Below are positions 1 to 10,284 of a DNA stretch of 64,000 bases, piece after piece. Numbering within the stretch: the stretch's first letter is position 1; every line of letters begins with the position of its first letter. Source of the stretch: an uncultured delta proteobacterium (GTDB lineage: Bacteria; Desulfobacterota; Syntrophia; Syntrophales; Smithellaceae). Under the pieces are notes generated by a model, which had not been told where the DNA came from, did no database searches, and worked only from the letters and a program-made list of their open reading frames with translations. A program made the position numbers and the translations under genes. Location of the stretch: the NCBI GenBank assembly GCA_963726395.1, contig CAVSCG010000032.1:26777-90776 (forward strand), in the 5' to 3' direction.

Positions 1-1
1 G

Positions 2-562
2 CCGGGTTCAGGGAAGACCAGTCTTATCCTCCGGACCGTCGAAGGGCTGAAAGGTGGCGTGAGGCTTGGCGTCATCGAAGCGGATATTGATTCCACGGTG
101 GATGCCCAGAAAGTTGCCGCCCGCGGAATAACTGCCATTCAGCTGCGAACGGGAGGGTTCTGCCATCTTGACGCCACAATGGTCACGCAGGGGATCGATG
201 CCCTGGCCGCTAATGATTTCGACCTCATCATCATCGAAAATGTGGGAAACCTGGTCTGCCCCGCCGAGTTCGATACGGGCGCTCATAAAAACGTGATGAT
301 CCTGAGCGTTCCCGAAGGCGACGACAAGCCGCTCAAATACCCGCTTATGTTTACCATCTGCGATGTCCTGCTGGTTAATAAAATCGATTACCTGTCGCTG
401 AGCGATTTTGATATGGCCGAATTGCGCAAAAGAGCTCTTACCTTGAATCCCCATATTAAAATTATCGAGGTATCCTGCAAAACGGGCGCGGGCATCGGGG
501 ATTGGATCGCCTGGCTTCAAAAAGAAGTCGAGACATTTCGTTTGGGTCAAAGGAGTAAATGA
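2..562 (+). CDS. hypB: Hydrogenase nickel-incorporation GTPase HypB (5' end cut by window edge)
   Basis: The frame of ORF 59..562 stays open back to nt 2. P-loop GSGKTS at the very start, ENVGNLVCP and LLVNKIDYL G-domain motifs. Stop TGA at 560-562. Confidence 0.9.
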   Translation, partial: PGSGKTSLILRTVEGLKGGVRLGVIEADIDSTVDAQKVAARGITAIQLRTGGFCHLDATMVTQGIDALAANDFDLIIIENVGNLVCPAEFDTGAHKNVMILSVPEGDDKPLKYPLMFTICDVLLVNKIDYLSLSDFDMAELRKRALTLNPHIKIIEVSCKTGAGIGDWIAWLQKEVETFRLGQRSK

Positions 563-1278
563 TTATGACTCAGGAGATGATCATTCTGCTTTCTACCGCA
601 GCTTTTCTAGGTTTTTTTCACACCCTGCTGGGTCCCGACCACTATCTTCCTTTTATCGTCATGGGGAAGGCCAGAAAATGGTCGATGGCCAAGACAACAT
701 GGATCACCGTGCTGTGCGGCATGGGTCATGTGGCAAGTTCCGTTTTACTCGGTTTCATCGGTATCGCTTTGGGGATGGCTGTCACTAAATTAGTGGTTGT
801 GGAATCGTTTCGTGGCAACCTTGCTGCCTGGGCTTTGATTGCTTTTGGATTGGTCTATTTCGTCTGGGGGATGCGCCGGGCATGGAAGAATAAACCGCAC
901 CAACATAGCCACTTTCATACCGATGGACATACCCATATCCATGAACATCTTCATACCGAAGAACATGCACATGTTCATGAAATGGAAAATAAGGGAAACA
1001 TTACACCCTGGGTGCTTTTTACAATATTTGTGCTCGGACCCTGCGAACCGTTGATCCCGATTATCATGTACCCGGCGGCAAAAGAAAACATCGGGGGATT
1101 GCTGCTGGTAACGCTGGTATTCGGTGCTGTAACTATTCTGACCATGGTCGGCATTGTAATCGCTTCAACTTGGGGCATAAACCGTCTTCCCTTGAAAAAA
1201 GTGGAAAGGTTTACCCACGCGCTGGCCGGCGGCTCAATTTGTCTTTGCGGGTTGGCCATCCAGTTTCTCGGATTATAA
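559..1278 (+). CDS. Putative Ni/Co transporter, 6-TM protein with histidine-rich loop (NicO/RcnA-like)
   Basis: Hydrophobic 239-aa ORF. FFHTLLGPDHY motif in TM1. Central loop HQHSHFHTDGHTHIHEHLHTEEHAHVH. ATG 559 overlaps the hypB stop (ATGA). An alternative ATG at 565 lies 9 nt after AAGGAG (550-555) and may be the real start. Confidence 0.55.
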   Translation: MIMTQEMIILLSTAAFLGFFHTLLGPDHYLPFIVMGKARKWSMAKTTWITVLCGMGHVASSVLLGFIGIALGMAVTKLVVVESFRGNLAAWALIAFGLVYFVWGMRRAWKNKPHQHSHFHTDGHTHIHEHLHTEEHAHVHEMENKGNITPWVLFTIFVLGPCEPLIPIIMYPAAKENIGGLLLVTLVFGAVTILTMVGIVIASTWGINRLPLKKVERFTHALAGGSICLCGLAIQFLGL

Positions 1279-1487
1279 AAAAGATGTTTCCCCGACAGGG
1301 CATCCATTAAATGACTTCAATATCTTCTAAGTAAAGCCGGCGTTTCCGCCGGTTCAGCGATGTTGAAACATCAGGAATCGGATTTTTTATTTGTTGCTTC
1401 CTCCTACCATATTGTTTTTCTTGTTTTATCAGTTGCCTATTATCCTTTTACTTGTAATCTCTGTGTTTGGTTCAGACGATGATGATT

Positions 1488-1538
1488 AAAAACAAAACAG
1501 CCGGTGCGGCAATCATTTGCCCCGGCTGTTTTGTTTTT
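1488..1538. terminator. Long perfect hairpin (17-bp arms, 17-nt spacer) downstream of ppdK; likely bidirectional terminator
   Basis: AAAAACAAAACAGCCGG (1488-1504) is the exact reverse complement of CCGGCTGTTTTGTTTTT (1522-1538). The spacer contains a GGCAA/TTGCC mini-stem. A/T runs flank it on both sides. Confidence 0.6.
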
Positions 1539-1556
1539 CAATACCCGATGAAAGAA

Positions 1557-4500
1557 TTATTTCTTTTTTGCGGATGCTTTCTTTGAGGCAGTTTTTTTAA
1601 CCGCCACCTTTTTTATGGCAACCTTCTTAGCTGCCGGTTTCTTGGCCACAGCCTTTTTAACAACGGTTTTCTTAGCCGCCGCTTTTTTCTTAACAGACTT
1701 TTTAACAGCCGGTTTGGCTTTGGGTTTGGTCACCACCACTTTCTTGGCCACCTTGGCGGTTGTCTTTTTCACTGGCGCTGCGTTTTTGAAAGCTTCCTTA
1801 GCTGCGGCTAGGCCGGCCATTACATTTTTGGCCGCCTTGACGACCGCCTTTTTCAGTGGTGCCGTCTTTTTCACTGGCGCTGCATTTCTTAAAGCAGCCT
1901 GTGCCGCGGCCAGTCGGGCAATGGGCACCCGGAAGGGCGAGCAACTGACGTAATTCAAACCGGTCATATGGCAGAATTCGACGGAGCTCGGTTCGCCGCC
2001 ATGTTCACCGCATATGCCAACCTTCAACTTGGCATTGACGCCCCGGCCTTTGGCCACGGCCATCTGAATGAGCTGGCCCACGCCGGTCCGATCCAGAACA
2101 CGGAAAGGATCGACCGGAAGGATTTTCTTTGCGATGTAATCCGGCAGGAATTTGCCTGCGTCGTCACGGCTGTAGCCGAAGGTCATCTGGGTCAGGTCGT
2201 TGGTGCCGAAGGAGAAGAACTCCGCTTCCTTCGCGATTTCATCAGCGGTGACTGCTGCGCGCGGCACTTCGATCATGGTGCCGACAGAGTATTCGACTTT
2301 GATGCCCGTTTCTTCCATTACCTTTTCAGCGGTGGCGACGATGATTTCTTTTTGTGAGGTAAGCTCTTTTACGGTACCGACGAGCGGTACCATGACTTCA
2401 GGCCGTGCGTCCACACCTTCTTTTTTCAGCTGGCAGGCCGCTTCAAAAATCGCGCGCGCCTGCATTTCGGTGATTTCCGGATAGGTGATGCCCAGGCGGC
2501 AGCCTCTGTGCCCCAGCATCGGGTTGAATTCATGCAGCGCGTTGACTTTGGATTTGACGGCTTCAACGGAGATGCCCATTTCATTGGCCATTTCCCGCTG
2601 GCTTTCTTCTTCATGCGGAACGAATTCATGCAGCGGCGGATCGAGCAGGCGGATGGTGACGCCGTATCCTTCCATGGCTTTGAGAATGCCGTAGAAGTCC
2701 TCGCGCTGCATCGGCAGCAGTTTGGCGAGCGCGATTTTGCGTCCTTCCAGGTTATCGGCCAGAATCATTTCGCGCACGGCCTTGATGCGGTCGCCTTCAA
2801 AAAACATGTGTTCGGTGCGGCAAAGGCCTATGCCCTGTGCGCCGAAGTTCCGGGCGACGGCCGCGTCATGTGGTGTGTCGGCATTGGTGCGCATGCCGAG
2901 TTTTTTGGCTTCGTCGGCCCATTGCATGATGATGCCGAAATTTCCGGAGAGTTCCGCGGGACGCGTTTTCACTTCGCCCAGCATGACTTCACCGGTCGAT
3001 CCGTCCAGAGAAATGTAGTCTCCTTCTTTTACAAGAGCATCTTTAAATTTGATTTCTTTGCGGGCATAGCTGATTTCAATATCGCCGCATCCTGAGACAC
3101 AGCATTTACCCATGCCGCGCGCGACGACGGCAGCATGTGAGGTCATGCCGCCGCGCTGGGTGAGGATACCCTGCGCCGCCGACATGCCCTTCAGGTCTTC
3201 CGGGGAAGTTTCAATGCGGACCAGGACAACTTTCTCGCCGCGTTTGAACCATTCTTCCGCGTCATCCGCGTTGAAAACCACACGCCCTGTTCCCGCGCCG
3301 GGGGAGGCGGGAAGTCCCTTGGTGATCACGTTGCGGGTTGCCTTGGGGTCAAAGGTCGGATGGAGCAGTTGGTCGAGTGATGATGGATCAATGCGCAAGA
3401 GAGCCGTTTTTTTGTCAATGAGTTTTTCGCTGACCATATCCACCGCGATGTTGACGGCGGCTGCGGCTGTGCGTTTGCCGTTTCGTGTCTGGAGCATCCA
3501 GAGTTTCTGATCCTGAATGGTGAATTCGATATCCTGCATGTCTTTGTAATGTTTTTCCAGTTTGGTATAAACATTGACCAGATCATGATAGGCGTTGGGC
3601 ATATATTCTTCAAGGGACGGGAAAGATTTTGTCCGATCTTCTTCGGCGACGTTATTGTCTTTGGCCCATCTGCGGGAACCAACGAGGGTGACCTGCTGCG
3701 GCGTGCGGATGCCGGCGACAACGTCTTCACCCTGCGCGTTAATCAGGTATTCGCCATAGAACAGGTTTTCGCCCGTGGCGGGATCGCGGGTAAAAGCAAC
3801 GCCGGTTGCGCAACTTTCACCCCTGTTACCGAACACCATGGCCTGAACATTGACGGCGGTGCCCCATTTATCATCATAGCCGTTCATTTTGCGGTACAGG
3901 ACGGCGCGGTCGTATCCCATGACATGAAAACCGCGCCAATGGCGCCCCAGAGCTGTTCCTTGGGATCAGAGGGGAATTCCTTGCCCAGCTTCTTCACAAT
4001 GAGCTGCTTGTAACGGCTGACCAGTTCTTTCAGGTCGGCAACGGTCAGGTCGAGGTCGGCTTTGACGCCTTTCTCAGCTTTGAGTTCGTCCATGACTTCT
4101 TCAAACGGATCATGCGCGTCTTTGTCTTTTGGTTTTAAGCCCATGACGACGTCGCCGTACATCTGAACAAAACGCCGGTAGGAATCCCATCCGAATCTGT
4201 CGTTGCCGGATTTGCGGATGATGCCGTCAACCGTTTCATCATTCAGGCCAAGGTTGAGAACGGTGTCCATCATGCCCGGCATCGAGACGCGCGCGCCGGA
4301 GCGAACGGACAACAGAAGCGGATTGGCCGGATCGCCGAATTTTGCTCCCATGGAGTTTTCGACTTTTTTCAATGCCGTTTCAACTTCTTTTGCCAGGCCT
4401 GGGGGGAATTGCTTATTGTTTTTGTAAAATTCCACGCAGACATCGGTGGTAATCGTGAATCCCGCGGGTACCGGAATCCCCAAGTTGGACATTTCGGCCA

Positions 4501-4588
4501 GGTTTGCTCCTTTGCCGCCGAGAAGGTTTTTCATTTCGGCTCTGCCTTCATTGATCCCCTTCCCGAATGTGTAAACACGTTTAGCCAT
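1557..4588 (-). pseudogene. ppdK: Pyruvate, phosphate dikinase, interrupted by one frameshift and carrying a 110-aa Lys/Ala-rich C-terminal extension
   Basis: ORF 3884..4588 is the N-terminal ATP-grasp part ([10 protein letters not shown]). ORF 1557..3920 is the remainder ([46 protein letters not shown]). The junction AVFMSWD / RAVLYRK needs one extra nt near 3911-3912. SD AAAGGAG lies upstream of ATG 4588. Confidence 0.9.
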
Positions 4589-4696
4589 ATCTTTAATCTC
4601 CTTTAGAAAGAAATATTTGTCTGAAGTAAAAAAACATAAGCGTTGAGTTTAATAATTGAAATAGTGGATGCTGTAAAGTATTTTTTCTTCCCTAAA

Positions 4697-4733
4697 GTAA
4701 AACCCCCGCCAGGGAATGCGCGGGGGCTTTTAC
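4697..4733 (-). terminator. Rho-independent terminator after the small membrane-protein gene
   Basis: GC stem CCCCCGC (4703-4709) / GCGGGGG (4720-4726) with flanking A/T runs. On the minus strand it is followed by a TTTT tract. Confidence 0.6.
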
Positions 4734-4760
4734 TTCTGGTACTATTATGGAGGGAAGGGT

Positions 4761-5036
4761 TTAGCTAATTAGGGTTTTAATCGCATCGACAACCGGTACG
4801 GTGAAAAGGGCGATTAGGATTGTGTAAAGGGCGAAAGAACCAATCGCTTCGCTTAAATATAGTTTGTCGTATTTACGTTTCAAAGAAACAATAATCAATC
4901 CGCCGACAATCAGGCAGCCAAAATGAAAGAAGGGGAACGCTGCATTTCCGGCGGCGCTGAACTGGGCAAAGCTGAAAGTAGCCGTTGTCAGAACAATAAA
5001 ACCAACTAAAAGAGCTGTTTGCATAATTTTTTTCAT
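4761..5036 (-). CDS. Small membrane protein, hypothetical (signal peptide plus 2 TM)
   Basis: An internal ATG at 5036 (MKKIMQTALLVGFIVLTTATFSFA...) is preceded by GGAGA. The longer 181-aa ORF upstream of it is AT-rich with no protein-like features. Confidence 0.5.
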   Translation of the reverse strand: MKKIMQTALLVGFIVLTTATFSFAQFSAAGNAAFPFFHFGCLIVGGLIIVSLKRKYDKLYLSEAIGSFALYTILIALFTVPVVDAIKTLIS

Positions 5037-5552
5037 GATCCTGATTCTCCAAACCTTTAAAAAATTAATTAACGTAATTCCCAATATACTATGAAATAAG
5101 TATGCCAAATGACAAGGAAAGGGATAATATTTTTTAAGTAACTGAAAATATGGAATATTGTATGTTATTCTGCTATTCGGAAAGGGCTGGGCAAGGTTTA
5201 AAAATTTGTGGAGTTGAAAGAAACGTTCAATGCTGAAATATAAACGAATAAAACATTTAATGCCATACCGCCTGAAATTAATGATTGAATGCGGAGGGGT
5301 TTTCATTTTTTCAAGGCGATGATAACAACGTCCATGCCGCCCAAAACAATTTTTATTTCAAACAGATGCTGACAAGTTACGAGTTGATCATAAATAAGTT
5401 CCCACAGGATAGGGCCGATCCTTTACCATTAATTAGCATTATGCTACAAGCAAACAATAATGAAAGAAAAGATGATCCGCAAAAATATACCCATCCAGCA
5501 CAAACATTCCTTTTCCGGTCGAAAATTCAAACGGCCGGAGGTGAAATTTTTT

Positions 5553-7547
5553 ATGAAACCGGAGATTGCCTCGTCGCTCAAAAGCGTTCTGGCGCAAATC
5601 GGGAAGCCGAATCCAGCGCCTTTTGTTCCGGATGAATTTCAGGTACGCGCACTAGACGCCATCAAGCAAAATGATTGCCTGGTGATTGCGCCGACCGGTT
5701 CCGGCAAAACCTGGATCGCCAGGGAAGCTATTTTGTCCGTCATGGAAAAAGGTGGACGCGCCTGGTATGCTTCACCGATTAAAGCTCTGTCCAATTCCAA
5801 GTGGGTGGAGTTTGGCCTGCATTTCGATCCTGAAAATGTCGGCATTATCACCGGCGACACCAAGGAAAATACCGAAGCACCGATCATTGTGGGCACGACG
5901 GAAATCCTGCGCAATCAACTCTATGACGCCATGCATCAGGGCATTGATCTGAATTGCGATCTGGTGATTCTCGACGAGGCGCATTTCCTGGGCGATGCCG
6001 ACCGCGGCGTGGTCTGGGAAGAAATTATGATCTATCTGCCGGTGCGCGTTAATCTGCTTTTGCTTTCTGCCACCATCGGCAACGGTGATGAAATCGCTTC
6101 GTGGCTTGCATCCATCCGCAAAAAACCCTGCGCCTTAATTCGAGAAGAAAAACGTCCCGTACCCCTATATCCGATGTTCCTGCATCCATCAGGCTGTCTG
6201 CATCCTTTTCTGGACGGAAAAAAAGCCGGGCCGGCTGTCTGCGAGTTTTTGAAAAAGGATAAATTCCGACACCGGGGAAGCCACCGTCCGCCGGATTACG
6301 CTGGAATTATCCGGGTTCTGGAGCAATTCAACCTTTTGCCGGCCATTTTCTTTCTGAAGTCGCGTGCGGAATGTGACACGGCGCTTTCTTGCCGGCCCGG
6401 GCTTACACCCATGAAAGATAACGAAGCATTTACTGACGATTTATACGAACTGCTGGATCGTTTTCCCTCGCTGAGCAGCCACCGGCAGATCAAGGCGCTT
6501 CGGTCGGCGGGATTGGCCGCGCATCATGGCGGACAGCTGCCGGCCTGGAAACTGCTGGTTGAAGAAATGATGAATCGGGGACATCTGCGCGTGATCTTTG
6601 CCACCTCAACCATTGCCGCGGGCGTGAATTTCCCCGCGCGTACGATTGTGCTGTTTAATTCCGACCAGTTCAACGGCCATGATTTTGCACCGCTGTCCGC
6701 GACTGAATTCCGGCAGATGACGGGAAGGGCAGGCAGGCGTGGTCAGGACAACATTGGTTTTATGCTGGCGATTGCAGGCCGGTTTATGGATTTGGGACAT
6801 ATCAGGAAAGTGCTCTCCGCCGCGCCGGAAGATATTTTGAGCCAGTTGAAAAATGATTTTGCGATGGTGTTAAATCTGCTGTTGTCTCAGACGCCCGCCG
6901 ATGTAAAAAAAATATTTGAAAGATCGTTTGCGGCCTGGCAGCAAAACAGTATCGAGGGGCAAACCTCTTCTGCCGCCGCTTTGCTGTGGAAGGATTTTTC
7001 CCTGCATCTAGAATTTTTACAACACGAAGGTTTTGTAGAAAATGCAGGCAGACTGACTGAGGATGGCCGCTGGGCGTCACGCCTGAGGTTGGATCATCCA
7101 CTCCTGGTTGCCGAGTGCCTGCGGAAAAACGCCTTTCCCGAGGACAATGAAAGACTACTGGCGGCAGTGGTGGCGGTATTTGCCTATGACCGTGACGATG
7201 AAATCCAACTGGCCCCTAAAGAACTGCCGCATAAGCTGATGGCTGCGTTGCGCAAAATGCTTCTAGCCGTGAGGCCGCTTTCGCGCCGCTTGGAATCGGC
7301 GGGTTTTGTCGGCGCGAAGCTTCATACGTCGGTGGGCGTAGTGATGTATAACTGGGCACAGGGACGCAACTGGGATGAGGTGATCAAGAACACCGGCATC
7401 GCTGAAGGCGACATGGCTTCACTGATTATGCGCACGGCGGATAATTTGCGGCAGATCGCTTCGCTCAAAGAATCGCATCCGGAAGTGGCAGCATGCGCAT
7501 ATCGGGCAAGGGAGGCAATCCTACGGGAACCGGTTTTATTTTTGTAA
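5553..7547 (+). CDS. Ski2-like superfamily-2 DEAH helicase with DSHCT-type C-terminal domain
   Basis: Walker [16 protein letters not shown] ([11 protein letters not shown]), [13 protein letters not shown] motif VI. C-terminal [18 protein letters not shown] resembles DSHCT. ATG 5553 lies 9 nt after GGAGGTG; the ORF-track start at 5460 is less likely. Confidence 0.8.
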   Translation: MKPEIASSLKSVLAQIGKPNPAPFVPDEFQVRALDAIKQNDCLVIAPTGSGKTWIAREAILSVMEKGGRAWYASPIKALSNSKWVEFGLHFDPENVGIITGDTKENTEAPIIVGTTEILRNQLYDAMHQGIDLNCDLVILDEAHFLGDADRGVVWEEIMIYLPVRVNLLLLSATIGNGDEIASWLASIRKKPCALIREEKRPVPLYPMFLHPSGCLHPFLDGKKAGPAVCEFLKKDKFRHRGSHRPPDYAGIIRVLEQFNLLPAIFFLKSRAECDTALSCRPGLTPMKDNEAFTDDLYELLDRFPSLSSHRQIKALRSAGLAAHHGGQLPAWKLLVEEMMNRGHLRVIFATSTIAAGVNFPARTIVLFNSDQFNGHDFAPLSATEFRQMTGRAGRRGQDNIGFMLAIAGRFMDLGHIRKVLSAAPEDILSQLKNDFAMVLNLLLSQTPADVKKIFERSFAAWQQNSIEGQTSSAAALLWKDFSLHLEFLQHEGFVENAGRLTEDGRWASRLRLDHPLLVAECLRKNAFPEDNERLLAAVVAVFAYDRDDEIQLAPKELPHKLMAALRKMLLAVRPLSRRLESAGFVGAKLHTSVGVVMYNWAQGRNWDEVIKNTGIAEGDMASLIMRTADNLRQIASLKESHPEVAACAYRAREAILREPVLFL

Positions 7548-7570
7548 GGCTCAAGGTTCAAGTATAAAGG
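7546..7570. repeat. Heptamer-periodic CAAGGYT-type intergenic repeat (copy 1)
   Basis: AAGGCT CAAGGTT CAAGTAT AAAGG lies directly after the helicase stop. It shares the 12-mer TCAAGGTTCAAG with 46585-46596. Confidence 0.4.
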
Positions 7571-7575
7571 CGCAA

Positions 7576-9570
7576 ATGGAAAAATTTTCACTTATCACAG
7601 ATTTTATTCCTTCCGGTGATCAGCCGCAGGCTATTATTGAATTGTCGCAGGGCTTGCAAGAGGGCAAGGAGCATCAAGTGCTTCTGGGCGTTACCGGCTC
7701 CGGTAAAACCTTCACGATTGCAAACGTCATTGAGCGTGCCGGACGTTCGGCGCTGGTTATTGCACATAATAAAACCCTGGCCGCGCAACTCTATGAAGAA
7801 TTCAAAGGTCTCTTTCCCGACAACGCCGTGGAATACTTTGTAAGCTACTACGACTACTACCAGCCGGAAGCCTACCTGCCATCGACGGACACCTATATTG
7901 AAAAAGATTCCGCGATCAACGAGGAAATCGACAAGCTGCGCCATGCGGCGACGCACGCGCTTTTAACGCGCCGCGACGTGATTATTGTGGCCAGCGTCTC
8001 CTGCATCTATGGTTTGGGTTCTCCCGAAGCGTATCTGGGCATGATCGTGCAACTGGAAGTGGGCGGCGAAATTCCGCGCGACGAGATATTGAAGCGTCTG
8101 ATTGAAATCCAGTATGAACGAAACGATATTGACTTTCATCGTGGCACATTTCGCGTGCGCGGCGACGTGGTGGAAATCTTTCCGCCTTATGAGGACGAAC
8201 AGGCCCTGCGCGTGGAATTTTTCGGCGATACGATTGAGGCGATGTACTGGATTGACCCGCTGCGCGGTAAAAAACTCGGATCGCTGACCAAGACCGCCGT
8301 TTATCCCGGCAGCCACTATGTGACCACACAGGATAATCTCAAAAGAGCGACTGCCGACATTCGCGCCGAACTGGCGCAGACACTGGCCGATATAAAGAAC
8401 AGAATATGTTGCTGGAAGCGCAACGCCTGGAACAACGCACGAACTTTGATCTGGAGATGATGGAAGAAATGGGCTACTGCCAGGGCATTGAAAATTATTC
8501 GCGCCATCTCACCGGCCGCAAGCCTGGCGAACCACCGCCGACCCTCATGGAATACCTGCCGAAAGACGCTTTAATCATTATCGATGAGAGCCACGCCACG
8601 CTACCGCAACTGGGCGGCATGTATCGCGGGGACCGCTCGCGTAAGGAAACGCTGGTAAAATACGGCTTTCGGCTGCCTTCGGCGTTGGATAACCGTCCGT
8701 TGCGTTTTGAAGAATACGAAGCTCTGCCCAATCAACGAATTTATATTTCGGCCACACCGGCCGCCTTTGAAATGGAAAAGGCGCGTGGCATCCGCGTGGA
8801 GCAAATCATCCGTCCGACGGGCCTGATGGATCCCGAAATCGAAATCAAACCCGCCCAGCATCAGGTGGATGACCTGCTCGAAGAAATACGCCTGCGGGTT
8901 AAGAAAGAGGAAAGAGTTCTGGTGACCACGCTGACCAAACGCATGGCGGAAAATTTAACCGACTATTACAGTGGCCTGGGCATCCGTGTGCGCTATCTGC
9001 ATTCCGATATTCACACGCTGGAGCGGGTTAGCATCATTCGTGATTTGCGACTGGGAGAATTCGATGTGCTGGTCGGCGTCAATCTCTTAAGAGAAGGTCT
9101 GGATATTCCCGAAGTGTCGCTGGTCGCAATACTTGACGCTGACAAAGAAGGATTTTTACGTTCCGAGCGCTCCCTTATCCAGACGAGCGGTCGCGCCGCG
9201 CGTAACGTTGGCGGCAAGGTCATCATGTACGCCGACAAGATCACTAAATCCATTCAGGCATGTCTTGACGAAACCAAGCGCCGCCGCGATCATTCAGGCC
9301 CGGTATAACGAAGAGAATAACATCACGCCCGAAACCATCAAAAAATCGATCAGTAATATTCTGGGTTCCATATACGAAGCCGATTATATGACCGTGCCGG
9401 TTGATACTAAAGGCAAAGCTATTCCGGGTAAAGAAGAAGATTTGCCCGTCCTCATCAAAAATCTGACGGCGGAAATGAAACAGGCGGCCAAGAATCTGGA
9501 ATTTGAAAAAGCCGCAAGCCTCCGCGATGAAATCAAGGAACTCAACAAGATTCTGCTGGAGATGGGGTAG
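7576..9570 (+). pseudogene. uvrB: Excinuclease ABC subunit B, split by two frameshifts
   Basis: ORFs 7576..8460, 8406..9308 and 9133..9570 together give a full UvrB: [47 protein letters not shown]-terminal UVR motif AASLRDEIKEL. One nt is missing around AGAAT at 8401-8405. One nt is extra in CGCCGCCGCG at 9279-9288. Confidence 0.9.
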
Positions 9571-9621
9571 TAAAATAGGTGTTCGACAAATTTGAAGAAT
9601 TGCGATAAATTTCACCCGTAA

Positions 9622-10256
9622 GTGCGCCACGAGGCTGCACAAAAGATGAGGGGTGAGGCCCCTCGAAGTCGGCTTGCAGGAGCAGGCTTCAAACCATCTT
9701 GAGCTGCAGTGGTAAAGAGCCATTGTGGTGAGCGTCAAGGCAAAAGGCATGGCATGACCATGTCAGGTGAGGATCAGGGAGGCGAGCGGAAGCGAACTAC
9801 TTCTGAGGTGTCGAAATGAATTGGACGATGTCAAAACTGGAGGGCTTACCATCTTCCAGGACAAGCTCAAGGGGAACCTGTTTACTGCTTGGGCGGCATC
9901 CGGCATAAAGGTAGCGCGAACCTGATACAGGCTCTTGAGTGGAACGTGGGAACCTGTCGTTCCGATGATAAGGGAGAAATTCAAGTGGAGGAAACCACAA
10001 GCATGAGAGTACCGATGCGGGGCACGGGGGCGGACCAACTTGTAGTAGTGTTGAAGTTCCTGTAATGGGGATGGAGCGAAGGGGTTGGATCATCTGGTCT
10101 TATTATTTGGTCAACCAGAGATGGGAGGAGCCAGGTGATAAGGTAAAACCGCCAAGTTTAGTTTGGTGGTGGGATGATAAGAGCCGTATGACGGGAGACT
10201 GTCACGTACGGATCCGTGGGAGCGTGGGGGTGAAATTCCCCTGCGCCACCCGACAT
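9622..10256 (+). mobile_element. ORF-less group II intron remnant (~635 nt; reverse-transcriptase ORF deleted)
   Basis: 5' GUGCG at 9622. Canonical 34-nt domain V at 10181-10214 (GAGCCGUAU GACGG GAGA CUGUC AC GUACGGAUC) has the AGC triad, a GNRA loop and an AC bulge. A domain VI-like helix follows, with an unpaired A at 10248, 8 nt before a ...CAU end (10256). Domain IV keeps an SD (GGAGGAA), ATG 10003 and 20 codons (MRVPMRGTGADQLVVVLKFL*) resembling N-termini of intron-encoded proteins. The exact 3' boundary is uncertain by a few nt. Confidence 0.75.
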
Positions 10257-10284
10257 CGGAGAGATACAGCAAGGAGAGTGATTT

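Noticed and set aside
1615-1953. 112-aa plus-strand ORF rich in F/L/A/T ([15 protein letters not shown]...)
   Set aside because: It is the antisense reading of the Lys/Ala-rich PPDK tail; AAG/AAA/GCC codons read backwards give CTT/TTT/GGC. It has no SD and is a compositional mirror artefact.
3884-3920. Possibility that split ORFs reflect selenocysteine (TGA) or other stop-codon recoding, plausible in this kind of anaerobe
   Set aside because: At every junction examined, the downstream piece is in a different reading frame. Read-through of an in-frame stop cannot join them, and no in-frame TGA interruption of a conserved gene was seen.
3905-3925. Programmed ribosomal frameshifting in ppdK, uvrB and the other split genes
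   Set aside because: The junctions show no slippery heptamer or downstream structure and share no common sequence context. Both +1 and -1 corrections are needed. These genes are never known to use recoding.
9763-10093. Two overlapping minus-strand ORFs (91 and 98 aa), plus plus-strand ORF 10065..10310
   Set aside because: They lie inside the structured group II intron RNA (domains I-VI). They have no SD and no family resemblance. The plus-strand ORF simply reads through domains V and VI.
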